A DNA stretch of 64,000 bases from an uncultured Gemmatimonadales bacterium (GTDB lineage Bacteria > Gemmatimonadota > Gemmatimonadetes > Gemmatimonadales > GWC2-71-9). Every line of letters begins with the position of its first letter. Position 1 is the stretch's first letter. Where the stretch lies: NCBI GenBank assembly GCA_963728915.1, contig CAVSLV010000002.1:128001-192000 (forward strand), read 5' to 3'. Shown piece by piece: positions 1 through 15,539 of this stretch. Under the pieces are notes generated by a model, which was given only the letters and a program-made list of their open reading frames with translations, did not search any database and was not told the DNA's origin. The translations under genes were made by a program, and so were the position numbers.

Positions 1-1
1 C

Positions 2-70
2 TGGCAGCTCATCGGATTCGTCGACCAATACTCCTGGGTGCCACCCTTCGGGTACTATGACCGGCCATGA
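2..70 (+). CDS. 3' end of a probable gluconate 2-dehydrogenase subunit 3-like protein (partial)
   Basis: Frame 2 reads WQLIGFVDQYSWVPPFGYYDRP*, and it lies directly upstream of a GMC oxidoreductase, the usual partner. Confidence 0.55.
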   Translation, partial: WQLIGFVDQYSWVPPFGYYDRP

Positions 71-116
71 TCACCCGGGCCACGAGCCCGGCGCCAGCAG
101 GCCCTTGATCCCGGCG

Positions 117-1761
117 ATGCGGACCTATCGGTCGAGCGACGAAGTCGATTTTGTGGTGGTCGGCTCGGGAGCGGCCGGAGGGGTGATTGCCCGGGAGCTT
201 TCCCGGAATGGATTCTCGGTCGTCGTGCTGGAGCAGGGCCCCTGGCTCACCGAGCGCGACTTCAGCCACGATCCCTTCTTCGAGGATATCAATCCGGAGA
301 AGAGCCTGACCAACCGGGAGGCGATTCAGCCCCAGACCGTTCGCGAGAAGGACACCGAAACCGCCAAGCCCGAGATGTGGGCCCAGTACGGGCGCGTGGT
401 GGGCGGAGGGTCAGCCCACTTCACCGCGAACTACTGGCGATTCCCTGAAGTCGAATTCCGCCAGGCCACGCGCTATGGCATCCCCGACGCGTCCTCGATC
501 GCCGACTGGCCGATCAGCTACGCCGATCTCGAGCCGTACTACACCAAGGTCGAGTGGGACGTCGGCGTCTCGGGACTCGCCGGCAATCCGTTCGAGCCTC
601 CCCGCAGCAAGCCGTATCCGCTGCCGCCGCTGCCGATCAAGTCGGAAGGCGTCCTGTTCGAGAAGGGGGCCAGGGCGATTGGATGGCATCCGTGGCCTTC
701 CCCGATGGCGATCCTCTCCCAGCCCTACCGGGGCCGCTCGCCCTGCGTCGCCTGCGGCATGTGCATCGGTTCGGCGTGCGAGGTGCGCGCCAAGTCGAGC
801 ACGCTGGTCACCATGATCCCCGAGGCGGTCGCGACCAAGCGGTGCGAGGTCCGGACCTCGAGCTATGTGCGCCGGATCGAGACTTCGAACGACGGCCGGG
901 TGACCGGGGTCACCTACTTCGACAAGGACCGCAAGGAAGTCTTCCAGCCGGCCAGGGCCGTGGTGCTTTCCGCCAACGGGTGCGAGACGCCCAAGCTGCT
1001 CCTGATCTCGACGACGTCGCTCTTTCCAGACGGGCTGGCCAACTCGAGCGGCCAGGTTGGCCGCAACATCATGTTCAATGGCGGCGGGCTTCGCGAGCGG
1101 GATGTTCGAGCACGACGTGAACGGGTGGAAGGGCGTCGTGGTGTCGCGGACCGCATGGGATGCGTTCGAGCTCGACGAATCGCTCGGGATCTACGGCGGC
1201 GGCGGCATGGATTTCCGCGCCGACGGCGGCCCCATGAGCGCGGGGTTCCGGGGCTGGCAGGGAGAGCCCCGCTGGGGACGGGAGTGGAAGAAGCGGGTGC
1301 GTGACTACTTCAACCGGTACGTGTACTCGTACGGCCACACCTCGAGCCTTCCGGTTTCGACCAATCGCATCGATCTCGACCCCGAGCTCAAGGACGCCTG
1401 GGGGTTGCCGGCTCCGCGCCTGACGTTCACCCCGCACCCCAACGACAAGAAGCTGGGGGAATGGTTCGGGAAGAAAGGGCGTGAGGCGCTGGAGGCCGCC
1501 GGAGCGATTCAGCTGAGCGAGAGCGGCGGTGGCGCCGACGGCGGTGGCCCCCACCTGCTGGGCACCTGCCGAATGGGGAGCGATCCCGCAACCTCGGTGG
1601 TGAACGCCGACCACCGGACCCACGACGTGAAGAACCTGTTCATCGTGGACGGGAGCAGCTTCGTGACCTCGGGTCGCGGGCAACCCACCATGACCATCCA
1701 GGCGCTGGCCTTCCGGGCCGCCGATCGGATCACTGACCTGGTCAAGCGACGCGAGATCTAG
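117..1761 (+). CDS. GMC family FAD oxidoreductase (frameshift near 1087)
   Basis: VVVGSGAAGG FAD motif, GRVVGGGS and CxxCxxC in ORF 57-1304. C-terminal HLLGTCRMG...NLFIVDGS...PTMTIQALA in ORF 1057-1761. Confidence 0.9.
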
Positions 1762-1766
1762 TGTCC

Positions 1767-3760
1767 ATGACCCTCCCGTCCAGACGCGCTCCCGCCAGTC
1801 TCCTTCTCGGTCTCCTGTTCCTGGCAAACTGTAGCAGTCCGGCTGGCCCGACCGGAGGAGTGGTCGCTTCCATCTCGGTCACGCCAGCCGGCGACACGCT
1901 GGTCTCGCTGGGCCAAACCCGGCAGCTGAGCGCCGTGGCCAAGGACGCCGCGGGAACCGTGATCACGGGGAAGACCTTTACCTGGAGCTCCTCGGGAAGC
2001 GGGGTGGCGACGGTCAACGCCACGGGATTGGTCACGGCGATCGCCAACGGTCAGGCGACGGTGAGCGCGTCGGTGGACGGGAAGTCGGGGGCGGCCGTGG
2101 TGCTGGTCGATCAGCAGGTCGCCACCGTGGAGATCACTCCGGGCTCCCCCGCGCCGATCACCACGATCGGAGGCACCCAGCAGTTCAGCGCCACGGCCCG
2201 GGATGGCTCGGGTGCCGGGTTAACCGGCCTCACCTTTCTCTGGCTCTCGAGCAATCACGCGGTCGCGACGGTGGATGCCTCCGGAAAAGCCACCGCCGTG
2301 GGGCCGGGCACCGCCACGATTACCGCCGCCGCTCGCGGAGTACCGGCTTCCGCTCAGCTCACCGTCACCCAGGTTGCCACCCAGCTGGTGATCACCGCAC
2401 AGCCGAGCACCTTCACGGAAGGACGCTCGATGGGGAATGCGGTCCAGGTGGAGATCCGGGACGCGGGCGGAGCCCTGGTGAGTGGGGCGCGCCCGATCGT
2501 CACCCTGGCGATCTCCGATAACCCGGCGGCCGGCACCCTGAACGGCACCGTCAGCGTCAATGCAGTCGGCGGGATCGCCAGCTTCCCCCAGCTGAGCATC
2601 GACCGCGCCGGGCAGGCCTACAAGCTCTCGGCAAGCTCGTCGGGCCTCACCCCGGCGGTCAGCTCCGCCTTTAACGTCATGCTGGATTTCCGCACCGTGG
2701 ATGTCGGGAATTCCGCCAATTGCGGAACGACGGCTTCGGGCGCGATCTACTGCTGGGGCGCGAATGCGAACAGCCAACTGGGCGACGGGACAACATCGGA
2801 TCGGCTGGTGCCGACTCGGGCGGTGACGCCCCCCGGCGTTCCCTTCACGCGGATAACGAGTGGCAATCCGTCGATTGCGTGTGCCCTCGCCGGGTCGGGG
2901 GCGCCATACTGCTGGGGCATCGGATTCATCGGCCAGCCGCTCATCGGGCAGAGCACCATACCATTGCTGGTGCCGTCCCTGCGGGGGTCACGTTCACGTC
3001 GATCTCCACCAATTCCTCCCACACCTGTGGAACGACCCCGACCGGGACCCTCTATTGCTGGGGCGGCAATGCCAACCATGCCCTTGGCGACGGGACGTTG
3101 ACCAACCGGCAGACCCCGGTGCTGATTCCCTCCCCCGCCAATGTGTTCTTCGTCGCGGTGAGCGCGGGCGGTCTGAGCACCTGCGCGCTTGCTTCAACCG
3201 GCGCAGCCTACTGCTGGGGCGGCAACAGCGCGGGGCAGGTCGGGGATGGAACCCTGGTTGAGCCGCTGGGACCCACGGCCGTCACCATGCCGACGGGCGT
3301 TTCCTTCGTGCAGGTGGAAACCGCATCGGGGTATGCCTGCGGCCTTACTTCTGCCGGGGCCATGTACTGCTGGGGGAGCAACGCCAACGGCGCCCTGGGG
3401 GATGGCACCACCACCAACCATTCGACTCCCGCGCTGGTGACGATGCCCGCCGGAGTTGGTTTTGTTCAGTTCGCCACCGGAGCCTTCAACTGTGCTGTTT
3501 CGACCACTGGAGTGGTGTATTGCTGGGGCCGCAACCCCGGAGGGACTCTGGGTGACGGAACCAGCATCGATCACTTCACCCCCCAACCCATCCAGATGCC
3601 AACCGGGATTCTCTTCGCCTCCGTGGCCGTGGACCCAACCGGAACTGCCTGTGCCGTCGCAACGAGCGGTGCGATTTACTGTTGGGGTGGCAATTTCAGC
3701 GGCCAGCTGGGAAACGGTACGACGGTGAACAGCCTGGTACCGGTCCGCGTCGCGCGTTAG
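1767..3760 (+). CDS. Lipoprotein with Ig-like (Big_2) domains and RCC1/BLIP-II repeats (frameshift near 2980)
   Basis: Lipobox LANC, WSSS..VATV Big_2 motifs and repeated YCWG.N..G.LGDG units across ORFs 1761-3101 and 2720-3760. Confidence 0.85.
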
Positions 3761-4382
3761 GCCGACCGGGCCCAGCGAACCATCCGTCGAGCAGGCCTAC
3801 GGAATCAGGTTGGCGGGACGGGGGTCGCTGTAGTAGAGGGACCGGGCCGGCATGTTCACCCGGGGAAGCGTGGCGCGGTCCATCACCGCATCCTCCGCGA
3901 ACGAGCTGATTCCGCCAGAGAATCCACCCCACCACCGCGTACACCTCGTCGGGCGTCAGCGACCCCGGTTGAGTCTGGGGCATGGCGCGATGGATGAAAT
4001 CGTAGAGCGTGGTCGCGTATCCCCAGTAATTCCCGACCGTTCGAGGTGCTTTCGGATCGGGGATTCCTTTTCCAGGATCAGGCGTCACCAGTTTGTCGTA
4101 GGGGCCCTCGACCCCGGTGGGCCCGTGGCAGGCCGAGCATTTCGCGGCATAGATCACCGCGCCCGCCTTCGGGGTGCCGCTTCCTGCCGGTAGCCCGGTT
4201 CCATCGGCCCGCACGTCGATGTCGAGCCCCGCGATCTCTGAGCTGGTGGCGGGCCGGCCGTAGCCGAATCGGGTCGAGTCGCGGGTTACCGCATCGGTGC
4301 TATCGCGCTGCATCGTGCCGACTGCCATCGCCAGGCCCAGGAGCGCGAGCGCGCCGATGGGAAGGATCATGCGCCGGTTCAC
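3757..4382 (-). CDS. soxD: Cytochrome c, SoxD-like (frameshift near 3895; 3' end approximate)
   Basis: CSACH heme motif, DIDVRADGTGLPAGSG and YATTLYDFIHRAMP. Overlaps the end of the soxC-like gene. Confidence 0.75.
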
Positions 4383-5621
4383 GGCGTGAGCCCGAACTCG
4401 ACCCGCCCGTCGGACATAACCCGCCAGGCCCTGATGTTGTTGTTGTGATACTGGGTCGCGACCCCGCGCTCCCGGCGAAGCTGGTCCAGGGTCGGCTGCA
4501 CCTCTCCGGTTTCATCGGTCGCCCGGCTCATCAGCAATGCCGGCTTCCCGTTCCACTTCCAGCCCAGACGGAACCGGGTATGGCACTTGGGCAGCACCGG
4601 CTCCTGCAGCTCCGCCGGCGCCCAGGTCGAGCCGCCATCGGTACTGATGTCCACTTTCGTAACCCGGCCTCTCCCGCTCCACCCGATCCCGGAAATCTCC
4701 CAGCGGCCCGGCGTGATCCGGTTGGGATAGGCCGGAAAGGTGATGATGGACTTGGTGTCCATGATCATGCTGAATTGCCGGATCCGTCCGTCCGGCATGA
4801 GGTCGGTGTACTTGGAGGTTTCTTCCCGGGTCTCGAACGGCCGATCGGACAATTCGATCCGCCGGAGCCACTTGACCGACGTGTTGCCTTCCCACCCGGG
4901 CAGAAAGAGCCGGGCCGGGTAGCCCTGCTCGGGGCGGAGCGGCTCGCCATTCTGCCCGTAGGCGATCAACGCGTCGTCCCACGCCTTGGCCATCGGGAAT
5001 GCTCCGGGTCATGACCGCCGCGTCTTCTCCCTCGGCGAGGAACCAGGTCGCCTTCGGGTCCGCTCCCACCTCGCGGAACAGCGTGGCGAGGGGAACCCCG
5101 GTCCACTCGCTGGTACTGGTCAGACCATCGATCCGCTGCGGAGTGAGATCGGGCCGGATCCCTTCGGGAAGAAATCCGCTGCTGCCGTTGCCGGAGCATT
5201 CCAGGAAGTGCAGCACCGACCGGGACGGGAACCGCTTCAGGTCGGCGAGGCTGAACACCGTCGCCCGCTCCACCATGCCGTGGATCAGGAGCGAGTAGTG
5301 GGCCGGGTCGATCGCCGGGATGCCGCCGTGATGACGCTCGTAATGGAGATCGGCCGGGGTGATGATGCCGTCGAGATCCTGGAGCGGTGTCTCGCTCTGG
5401 CCGGAAAGCGCGGCGCGGGCGACGTGGCGCCTGGGCTGCTCGAACGGCGACCGGCTCCCCAATTCACTCGGCAGACGGCCGGGCACCTTGGTCGGGTCGG
5501 CGGGAACCGCCGGGGTCTCCTGGGGGGCCTGGGCCGGCGCGGCGGTGATCCCGGTCAGGGCGGCGGCACCCGCGGCGCCTAACCCGGCGAGCATTTCCCG
5601 GCGTCCCAGTTTCTTTGCCAT
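4379..5621 (-). CDS. soxC: Molybdopterin sulfite/sulfane dehydrogenase, SoxC-like (frameshift near 4995)
   Basis: Tat RR leader, HYERHHGGIP, FLECSGN, NGEPLRPEQGYPARL and dimerisation domain GIGWSGRG. Confidence 0.85.
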
Positions 5622-6148
5622 CAGTGTCCCTCGAAGGCGACCAGGGTGAAGACGTCGTGGCCGTTCTGTTCCAGGCGCTTCCGTCCACCCAGCTCGGGAA
5701 GGTCGATCACGAAGCAGGCCTCGACCAGCTCACCGCCCACCTGGTGGATCAGCTCGATCGAGGCGGCCGCGGTTCCCCCGGTCGCGATCAGGTCGTCCAC
5801 CAGGAGGATCCGCTCGCCCGGCTGGATCGCGTCGCGGTGCATCTCGACCCGGTCGCTCCCGTACTCCAGCTCGTAGTCGTATCCCACCGTCTCCCAGGGA
5901 AGCTTGCCCCGTTTGCGAATCGGAACGAACCCGGCGGTCAGATGGTGGGCGATCGCGCCGCCCAGGATGAATCCGCGCGCTTCGATGCCCGCCACCTTCT
6001 GAATGCCCTTCCCGCTGTAGCGCGCGGTGAACCGGTGAATCGTCTCCCGAAATCCCTCGGCGTGTCCCAGCAGCGTGGTGATGTCCCGGAACATGATGCC
6101 GGGTTTGGGATAATCCGGAATGGTCCGGATCAGCGCCTTCAAGTCCAT
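5621..6148 (-). CDS. apt: Adenine phosphoribosyltransferase
   Basis: [27 protein letters not shown] and [12 protein letters not shown] (PRPP motif). Confidence 0.95.
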   Translation of the reverse strand: MDLKALIRTIPDYPKPGIMFRDITTLLGHAEGFRETIHRFTARYSGKGIQKVAGIEARGFILGGAIAHHLTAGFVPIRKRGKLPWETVGYDYELEYGSDRVEMHRDAIQPGERILLVDDLIATGGTAAASIELIHQVGGELVEACFVIDLPELGGRKRLEQNGHDVFTLVAFEGH

Positions 6149-7014
6149 CACGCGCCGAGCACCCGGCCCGCGACCGCGGAGAGCCTGGCAACAGTCGCCG
6201 GGTTCATCGCTTCGCGCGGGGTGAGGATCGCGTGCTCCAGCGCGCGGTCGCATCCCTGCTGGCAGAAGGCCGGCCGCTCCCGGAGTCTCGGCGCGATGCG
6301 GCGGATCAGCTCGCGCGCTTTCCCGACGTTGCTTCGCATCACTTCCATCACCATGTCCACGGTGACCGCGTCGTGCTCCGGGTGCCAGACGTCGTAGTCG
6401 GTCACCATGGTCACCGAGCAATAGCAGAGCTCGGCTTCGCGAGCGAGCTTCGCTTCCGGCAGGTTGGTCATCCCGATCACGGTGCCGCCCCAGCCGCGGT
6501 ACACCGCCGACTCCGCCCGGGTCGAGAACTGGGGTCCTTCGATCACCACGCAGGAGCCGCCCCGGTGCACCGGGATGCCGGCTTCACGCGCTGCGGCTTC
6601 CGCGGCGTCTCCCATGCGGCTGCAGACCGGATTCCCCATCGAGACGTGGGCGACCACACCCTCGCCGAAGAAGGTGTTCTCCCGCTTGATGGTACGGTCG
6701 ATGAACTGATCCACCACGACGAAGGTCCCCGGCGGAATGTTCTCCTTGAGGGAGCCGACCGCGGAGAAAGAGAGCAGGTCGGTCACCCCGGCCCGTTTCA
6801 GGGCATCGATGTTGGCGCGGAAGTTGATTTCGCCGGGGAGGATCCGGTGGCCCCGGCCATGGCGTGGCAGGAAAACCAGGGGGATGCCGTCGAGCTGACC
6901 GGTGAGCAGCTCGTCTGAAGGGAGGCCGAACGCGCTCTCGACCGGTCGCCAGTGAGCCTGCTCGAGTCCCTCGATCTCGTAGACGCCGGACCCGCCGATG
7001 ACGCCGAGGATCAT
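6148..7014 (-). CDS. mtnP: S-methyl-5'-thioadenosine phosphorylase
   Basis: [40 protein letters not shown] and VTDYD. Coupled to apt. Confidence 0.92.
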   Translation of the reverse strand: MILGVIGGSGVYEIEGLEQAHWRPVESAFGLPSDELLTGQLDGIPLVFLPRHGRGHRILPGEINFRANIDALKRAGVTDLLSFSAVGSLKENIPPGTFVVVDQFIDRTIKRENTFFGEGVVAHVSMGNPVCSRMGDAAEAAAREAGIPVHRGGSCVVIEGPQFSTRAESAVYRGWGGTVIGMTNLPEAKLAREAELCYCSVTMVTDYDVWHPEHDAVTVDMVMEVMRSNVGKARELIRRIAPRLRERPAFCQQGCDRALEHAILTPREAMNPATVARLSAVAGRVLGA

Positions 7015-7049
7015 GCCGCAAAAGTAACCCGAAGATTGGAGCGCTACCT

Positions 7050-7652
7050 TTGGGGATCGCTTCGCTCATCGTGGTTCCCCAGCCCGGACCCAGCGTCCCC
7101 CGTCGCGGTGGGCCGGTCCGCCCTCTGATCGGGCGCACTGTGCTCCGCCTCCTCGGCTGGCGCACCGAGGGCGAGCTGCCCGATGCGCCGAAGATGCTCA
7201 TCCTCGCCGCGCCGCACTCGTCCAACTGGGATTTCGTGATCGGAGTCGCCATCGTCTTTGCGCTCCGGCTGGACCTCCGGTTCCTCGGCAAGCAGGAGCT
7301 GTTTCGCGGACCGCTCGGAACGTTCATGCGCTGGCTGGGCGGGATTCCGGTGGATCGGGACCGTCCCGATGGCGTGGTCGGGGAGGCCATCGCGATGTTC
7401 GCCCGGCAGGAGCGGCTGGTGCTGGCCATGGCGCCGGAGGGAACCCGGCAGCCGGTCGAGCGCTGGAAGACCGGCTTCTATCGCATCGCGCTCGGCGCGG
7501 GAGTTCCCATCGTGACGGGGTACTTCGACAATGCGCGAAAGCGGGTCGGGTTCGGCCTGGTGCTCACGCCCAGTGGCGACCTGGCGGCGGACCTGGAGCG
7601 GCTCCGGGCGTTCTACCGGGATCTCCCGCGCCGGGACAAGACTGGCTGGTAG
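7050..7652 (+). CDS. Lysophospholipid acyltransferase (PlsC-like)
   Basis: PHSSNWD (HX4D), APEGTR and WKTGFY. Confidence 0.9.
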   Translation: MGIASLIVVPQPGPSVPRRGGPVRPLIGRTVLRLLGWRTEGELPDAPKMLILAAPHSSNWDFVIGVAIVFALRLDLRFLGKQELFRGPLGTFMRWLGGIPVDRDRPDGVVGEAIAMFARQERLVLAMAPEGTRQPVERWKTGFYRIALGAGVPIVTGYFDNARKRVGFGLVLTPSGDLAADLERLRAFYRDLPRRDKTGW

Positions 7653-7764
7653 ATCGGAATTCTCCTGCAGGAATCGGCCCGAGCCGGTCCTGCTCGCCGG
7701 CTGGATATCTTGAGGCACCTCCTCCCCAGAGAGAATACCGTATGGTCGAGTCACGCGACTTCCC

Positions 7765-8376
7765 ATGAAACGGTCAGGTCGAGTCCCGAAAAGGCCCGTG
7801 CCGAAGCTGACCATCCGGCCGCTCACGCCGGACCGGTGGCCCGACCTGGAGGATCTCTTCGGGAAGAAGGGCGCGTGTTATGGGTGCTGGTGCATGTACT
7901 GGCGGATCGGCGCGGCGTATCGGGGCCACGGGGAGAGAAACCGCCGGGCCTTCCGGAAGATCGTCCGAACGGGGCCGCCGCCTGGGCTCCTGGCCTATCT
8001 GGGAGATCTCGCGGTAGGCTGGTGTCAGCTTACGCCGAGGGATGACCTGCCGGTGCTGGACCGGCTGTGGAGGCTCCGGCGGGTGGATGACCAGCCAGTC
8101 TGGGCGATTTCCTGCTTCTATATACGAATCGGATACCGCCGGAAGGGAATCAGCAGCGCGCTGATTGCCGCGGCAATCAAGGCGGCCCGGCGTGCCCGGG
8201 CCCCGGCGCTCGAGGCGTATCCGCTCGACGGCACGGTGTCGCCGAGCGCCACGGGCACCGGGTACCTGAGCACCTTTCGCCGCGCCGGGTTCAAGGTGAT
8301 GGCGCGACGGGCCCGGCCGCGACCGATCGTGCGCTACGATCTCACCGGGGCGGTAACCAGGCGCCGCAGCCCTTGA
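7765..8376 (+). CDS. GNAT acetyltransferase
   Basis: CWCMYWR, CFYI..GYRRKGIS acetyl-CoA motif and LEAYP. Confidence 0.85.
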   Translation: MKRSGRVPKRPVPKLTIRPLTPDRWPDLEDLFGKKGACYGCWCMYWRIGAAYRGHGERNRRAFRKIVRTGPPPGLLAYLGDLAVGWCQLTPRDDLPVLDRLWRLRRVDDQPVWAISCFYIRIGYRRKGISSALIAAAIKAARRARAPALEAYPLDGTVSPSATGTGYLSTFRRAGFKVMARRARPRPIVRYDLTGAVTRRRSP

Positions 8377-8445
8377 CCGGACCCGAACCCGATCTTACTT
8401 TGTGTCACAAAGTACTGAACTTCTACAAAGGAAGGCGGGGGACCG

Positions 8446-9829
8446 TGCTGCTTCCGGGCTGGGTGACCGGCGCCGTCATTACTCTGGCCGCCACCGCCCT
8501 GCACGCGCAATCGGGGCAGGTCGATCGGCAGAAACTCGATTCGATCGCCGGGGCCGGCATAGCTACCCATCGCGCCGTCGGCCTGGTGGCCGCGGTGGTG
8601 AGGGGCAACGATACCCTGCTCTTCAAAGCCTACGGCAAGGCGGATCTCGAGTGGGACGTCCCGATGCAGCCGGACGCGATGTTCGAGATCGGATCCGTTT
8701 CGAAACAGTTCGCCGCCGCGTCGATTCTCCAGCTCCGCGACGCCGGCAAGCTCAGCCTCGACGATCCCATCACCAGGTGGGTTCCCGCCCTGGGGGCGAG
8801 CGGCGAGAAGATCACTCTGCGCCGCCTGTTGAGCCACACGTCCGGCATCTTCGACTTCTCCGGGGAGCCGGACTTCGAGCTCAACTGGTTTGCGCCCCGC
8901 TTTCCCCGCGACTCGGCGACCTCCCTCATCAGGATCGAGCCGTTCAAGTTCCCGGTCGGCACCGCCGAGGCGTACAGCAACTCCGGCTTCTGGCTGCTCG
9001 GTCTCGTGGTGGAGAAGGCCAGCGGGATGAAATACGAGGACTACCTGAAGCAACGGATCTTCGAGCCGCTGGGCATGACCCACTCGATGTATTGCAACAG
9101 CTCGACCAACGTCCCCACCGGGCCCACGGCTACAACCTGATGCCGAACGGGACGATCCTCCGCGCCCCGATGGTGTCCTACGCCTGGGTCTTTGCTCCCG
9201 GAGCCATCTGTTCGAGTGCGGGCGATCTTATCACCTGGCTTCAGGCACTTCATGGCGGCAAGGTGCTCTCGGCCCGTTCGTACACCGAGATGACCACGCC
9301 GGCCGCGCTCGAGGATGGGACCCGGTTGCAGTACGGCATGGGGATCAAGATCGGCGAGAACTACAAAGGCCTCAGGTATGTCGGCCACGGTGGCACCGCT
9401 CCCGGCTTCCGTTCTGACGCAACCTGGTACCCCGATGGACGGCTTGCGGTCGTAGTGCTGGTGAACACTTCGCCGGCCAATCTCGTGCCGGCCGGGGTGG
9501 GGTTCTCGCTGGCCGAGGAGATCCTGCCACCGCCCCGACCCAGCGTGACGCATTACACCGGCGATGCGACCAATCTGGTGGGCGCCTACCAGTGGGTGGC
9601 CGGAGGGAACCAGGGTCCCACCACGCTCGAGATCACCATGACCGAGGCCGGACTCGCGGTCTCTCCCAACGGAGGGCGGCCGTTGACCCTTGCATGGGGC
9701 GGAGGCCTGACCTTCTACATCGGCGACAACACTGTCCTCACCTTCCACCGGACCAGCGGCGCCAGCGGGTCAGTCGACGGGCTGCACATCGACGACGCCG
9801 GCAATCACCGGATCTTCAAGAAGCGTTAG
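8446..9829 (+). CDS. Serine hydrolase, beta-lactamase/class C-like (frameshift near 9118; start approximate)
   Basis: SVSK (SxxK), LLSHTSG, YSN and HGG motifs, with a signal peptide. Confidence 0.85.
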
Positions 9830-9901
9830 CTTTCCTTTTTGGCCCTTCCGGGGACCCTCATGACCCGCGAGTCGCGCAGTTTCCTTACAGCAGCGTAAAT
9901 C

Positions 9902-12533
<2,632 letters not shown>

Positions 12534-12584
12534 CCCCCGTCCCCGACCAACAACGAACCAGGGTGCTTTGGCATCCAATCCCCT

Positions 12585-15027
12585 ATGAGCCTCCCACTCC
12601 TTCCGCCGCGCCGTCTTCGAAGCGGCCCGCGACCTCGCGATTGCCGCCCGACAGATGCGCCGCCGGCCCGGCTACGCCGCCATCCTCATCCTCACCCTCG
12701 GACTCGGCATCGGCGCCACGGTGTCGCTGACCAGCGTGGTGAACGACCTGATCGTCCGACCCCTCCCCTACGCCGACGAAGACCGGGTGCGGGTCTTCTG
12801 GAGCGACTACGATTGGCGGGGCGCCGAGTACGACTTTCTCAATGAGCGACGGGGGGTCTTCGATGCCCTGGCGGCGTTCTCGACCGACGGGGGGCCCTAT
12901 CATCCCACCACCCGCGCCGAAGGGCCGGCCACCGCCCTGCCCTACGTGGTCGCCACCCACACCCTCTTCGACGTCCTCGGGGTGCGGCCCTTCATGGGCC
13001 ACGCCTTCAGCGCCGACGACGACCGGCCGGGCGCCGCGCCGGTGGCGGTGATCAGCTACGGCCTCTGGAACGACGACCTCGGCCGCGACCCCAGCGTCGT
13101 CGGCCACCGGATCATGATCAACGGCGCCGCCGTCACCGTGATCGGCGTGATGCCGAAGGGATTCTTCTTCCCGACCCCCGATTTCCGGGTGTGGCGCCCG
13201 ATCCAGCTCGATCCATCCACTCCTTATTACAGCGACGTCGGATACCTCACGCTGCTGGGACGGGCCCGGCCCGGGACATCCGGCGAGATCATCGCCGGCG
13301 ATATCCGGCGCATGGCGCGCGACCTCGGCACCCGGTTCACCTATCCGGCGGCATGGGACAAGACGAAACACCCGTCGGAGATGCCGGTTCACCAGTACCT
13401 GCTGGGCGACGTCCGCGCTCCGCTTCTGCTCCTCCTCGCGGCGGTCGCGGCGCTCCTGCTCATCGCCAGCGTGAACGGCGCGGCGCTGGTCCTGGCCCGC
13501 ATGACGGACCGGACCGTCGAGCTTTCGGTCCGGACCGCGCTGGGAGCCAACCACTGGCGGCTGGCCCGGCAGATCGGCGCGGAGTCACTGCTCGTGGCAC
13601 TGGGTGCGGCAGCCGCGGGTACCGCCTTCGCGGCCGGCGGGTTCCGGGTCCTCGTGTCGAGCTTGCCGCTCCACGACGGATTCGGGGAGACCGTGAGCCC
13701 GGGCTGGGTCACGCTGGCGGCTGCGTTCGCCCTCGCGCTCGTCATCAGCGTCGTGGTGTCGGCGGTGCCGGTGCGGAATCTCCTGCGGGGCCGGTTCGAC
13801 GAGGCGTTCGGCCGCGAGCGCGGGGAGCGCGCCCTGGGTCGGGGTACCCGGCGCGCGCACTACGCCATCATCGTCGCCCAGGTGACGCTGGCCGTCTCGC
13901 TCGTGGTCGGTGCGACACTGCTGATCCGGTCGGTGGGGCGGTTGCGCGAGATCGACCTCGGCTTCGATCCTCAACACACCGCGACCCTCACGTTGATCGC
14001 GAGCGACAATACGTCGCTGGAGACGCAGCGCCAGTTCCTGCGCGACGTCGTGACCCGCGTCTCGGCCTTGCCGGGCGTGCAGGCCGCCGGGCTCACCAAT
14101 CGCCTGGCGCTGCGCGACGGCGGCTATCAGGGCCCGGTCACCGTGGAGGACCGGCCCGACCTGGCGGACAAGCAACGTCCGAACTCGCTCTACCGCACCG
14201 CCACGCCGGGCTACTTCCGCGCGATGGGATTCTGGATGCTCGAAGGGCGCGGCATCGACTCGACCGACGTCGCCAGCAGCCTGCCGGTGACGGTCATCAA
14301 CGAATCGTTCGCCAGGAAGATGTGGCCGGGGCGGAGCGCGATCGGCCGGCGCATCGGCACCGGGTGGAGCGGCACCCTCGTCTTCCGGACGGTCGTGGGC
14401 GTCATTCGCGAGGCGAGGCTCACCGGTGTGACGGGCGATCCGCCGTTTGCGATGTTCGTCCCGCAGGAACAGCACACGACCCCGAATCCCGGCGGCGTCC
14501 TGGTGGTCCGGACCACGGGCGACCCGACGATGCTCATTCCCCAGGTTCGTGCCATCGCGGGTGGGCTCGATCCCCAGGTGGCGGTGGCCCGGGTGTCCAC
14601 CCTGGAGCAAGTGGTGGACGGCGCGCTCGCCGAACCATTGCAGCTCCGGTTCTTCATGGGGCTGTTCGCCGCGCTCGCGCTCACACTCGGGGCGGTGGGG
14701 GTGTACGGCGTCGTATCGTTCGCGGTGATGCGCCGGCGCTCCGAATACGGGGTGCGTCTCGCCCTCGGCGCGTCGCCTTCGCGGGTGCGCTGGGGCGTGC
14801 TGCGCGACGGCCTCGCGCCGGTGAGCCTGGGCGTGGTGCTCGGCGTCGGCGCGGCGCTGGTGACCGGTCGCGCGCTCGACCGCTTCCTGTTCGGGGTGAG
14901 CCCTCTCGATCCGGGGAGTTATCTGGCGGCGGCGGGCGCACTGCTGCTCGCCGGCGGGGCCGGGGCCCTCATCCCCGCGGTGCGCGCGGCGCGCACCAGT
15001 CCAGCCAGGGCGCTCCGAAGCGAGTGA
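12585..15027 (+). CDS. Duplicated MacB/FtsX-type ABC permease (ADOP-like; start approximate, probable 5' frameshift)
   Basis: TLGLGIGA, periplasmic core VAVISYGLW, VRTALGA and second-half EYGVRLALGA. Confidence 0.88.
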
Positions 15028-15100
15028 GTCGTCACGCTGCCGGTCATTCCGCGATAAATCGGCGAGTACTTTTCGGATTCCCGGACCTCTGGAGACCCCC

Positions 15101-15535
15101 ATGGCGCAGTTCGACAAGCCCGGCCCCGAAGGAACCGTCGAGGGTGGGGACGGCATTCTCACGATCCGCGGGGGCGGCGAAGAGCGGGGCTGGAACGGGA
15201 TCCGGTATCGCGCCGGGCTGTCAGGCAAGAACGTGGGCGCGAAGCAGCTGTCCATGAACATCGCGACCATCCCGCCGGGTGGCGTGGCCTATGCCCACAT
15301 CCATGTCGACTTCGAAGTCATGCTGTACATTCTGGCGGGCCGGGTGCGCCACGAGTATGGAGCGCGGCTGGAGCAGCAGCTGGAGAATGAAGCGGGCGAT
15401 TTCATCTTCATCGCGCCCGGGATCCCGCACGAGGTCTTCAACCTGAGCGATACCGAGCCGGTCCTCGCGGTGGTGGCGCGGTCCGACGCCAGCGAATGGG
15501 AGCACATTGTTCCGTTCGAGCGCCCGGGGAGCTGA
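15101..15535 (+). CDS. Cupin domain protein
   Basis: AHIH..FE and GDFIFIAPGIPH cupin motifs. Confidence 0.85.
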   Translation: MAQFDKPGPEGTVEGGDGILTIRGGGEERGWNGIRYRAGLSGKNVGAKQLSMNIATIPPGGVAYAHIHVDFEVMLYILAGRVRHEYGARLEQQLENEAGDFIFIAPGIPHEVFNLSDTEPVLAVVARSDASEWEHIVPFERPGS

Positions 15536-15539
15536 GATG

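Noticed and set aside
3757..5621. Complete Sox sulfur-oxidation pathway
   Set aside because: Only soxCD-like genes are present. There is no soxXA, soxYZ or soxB in the window.
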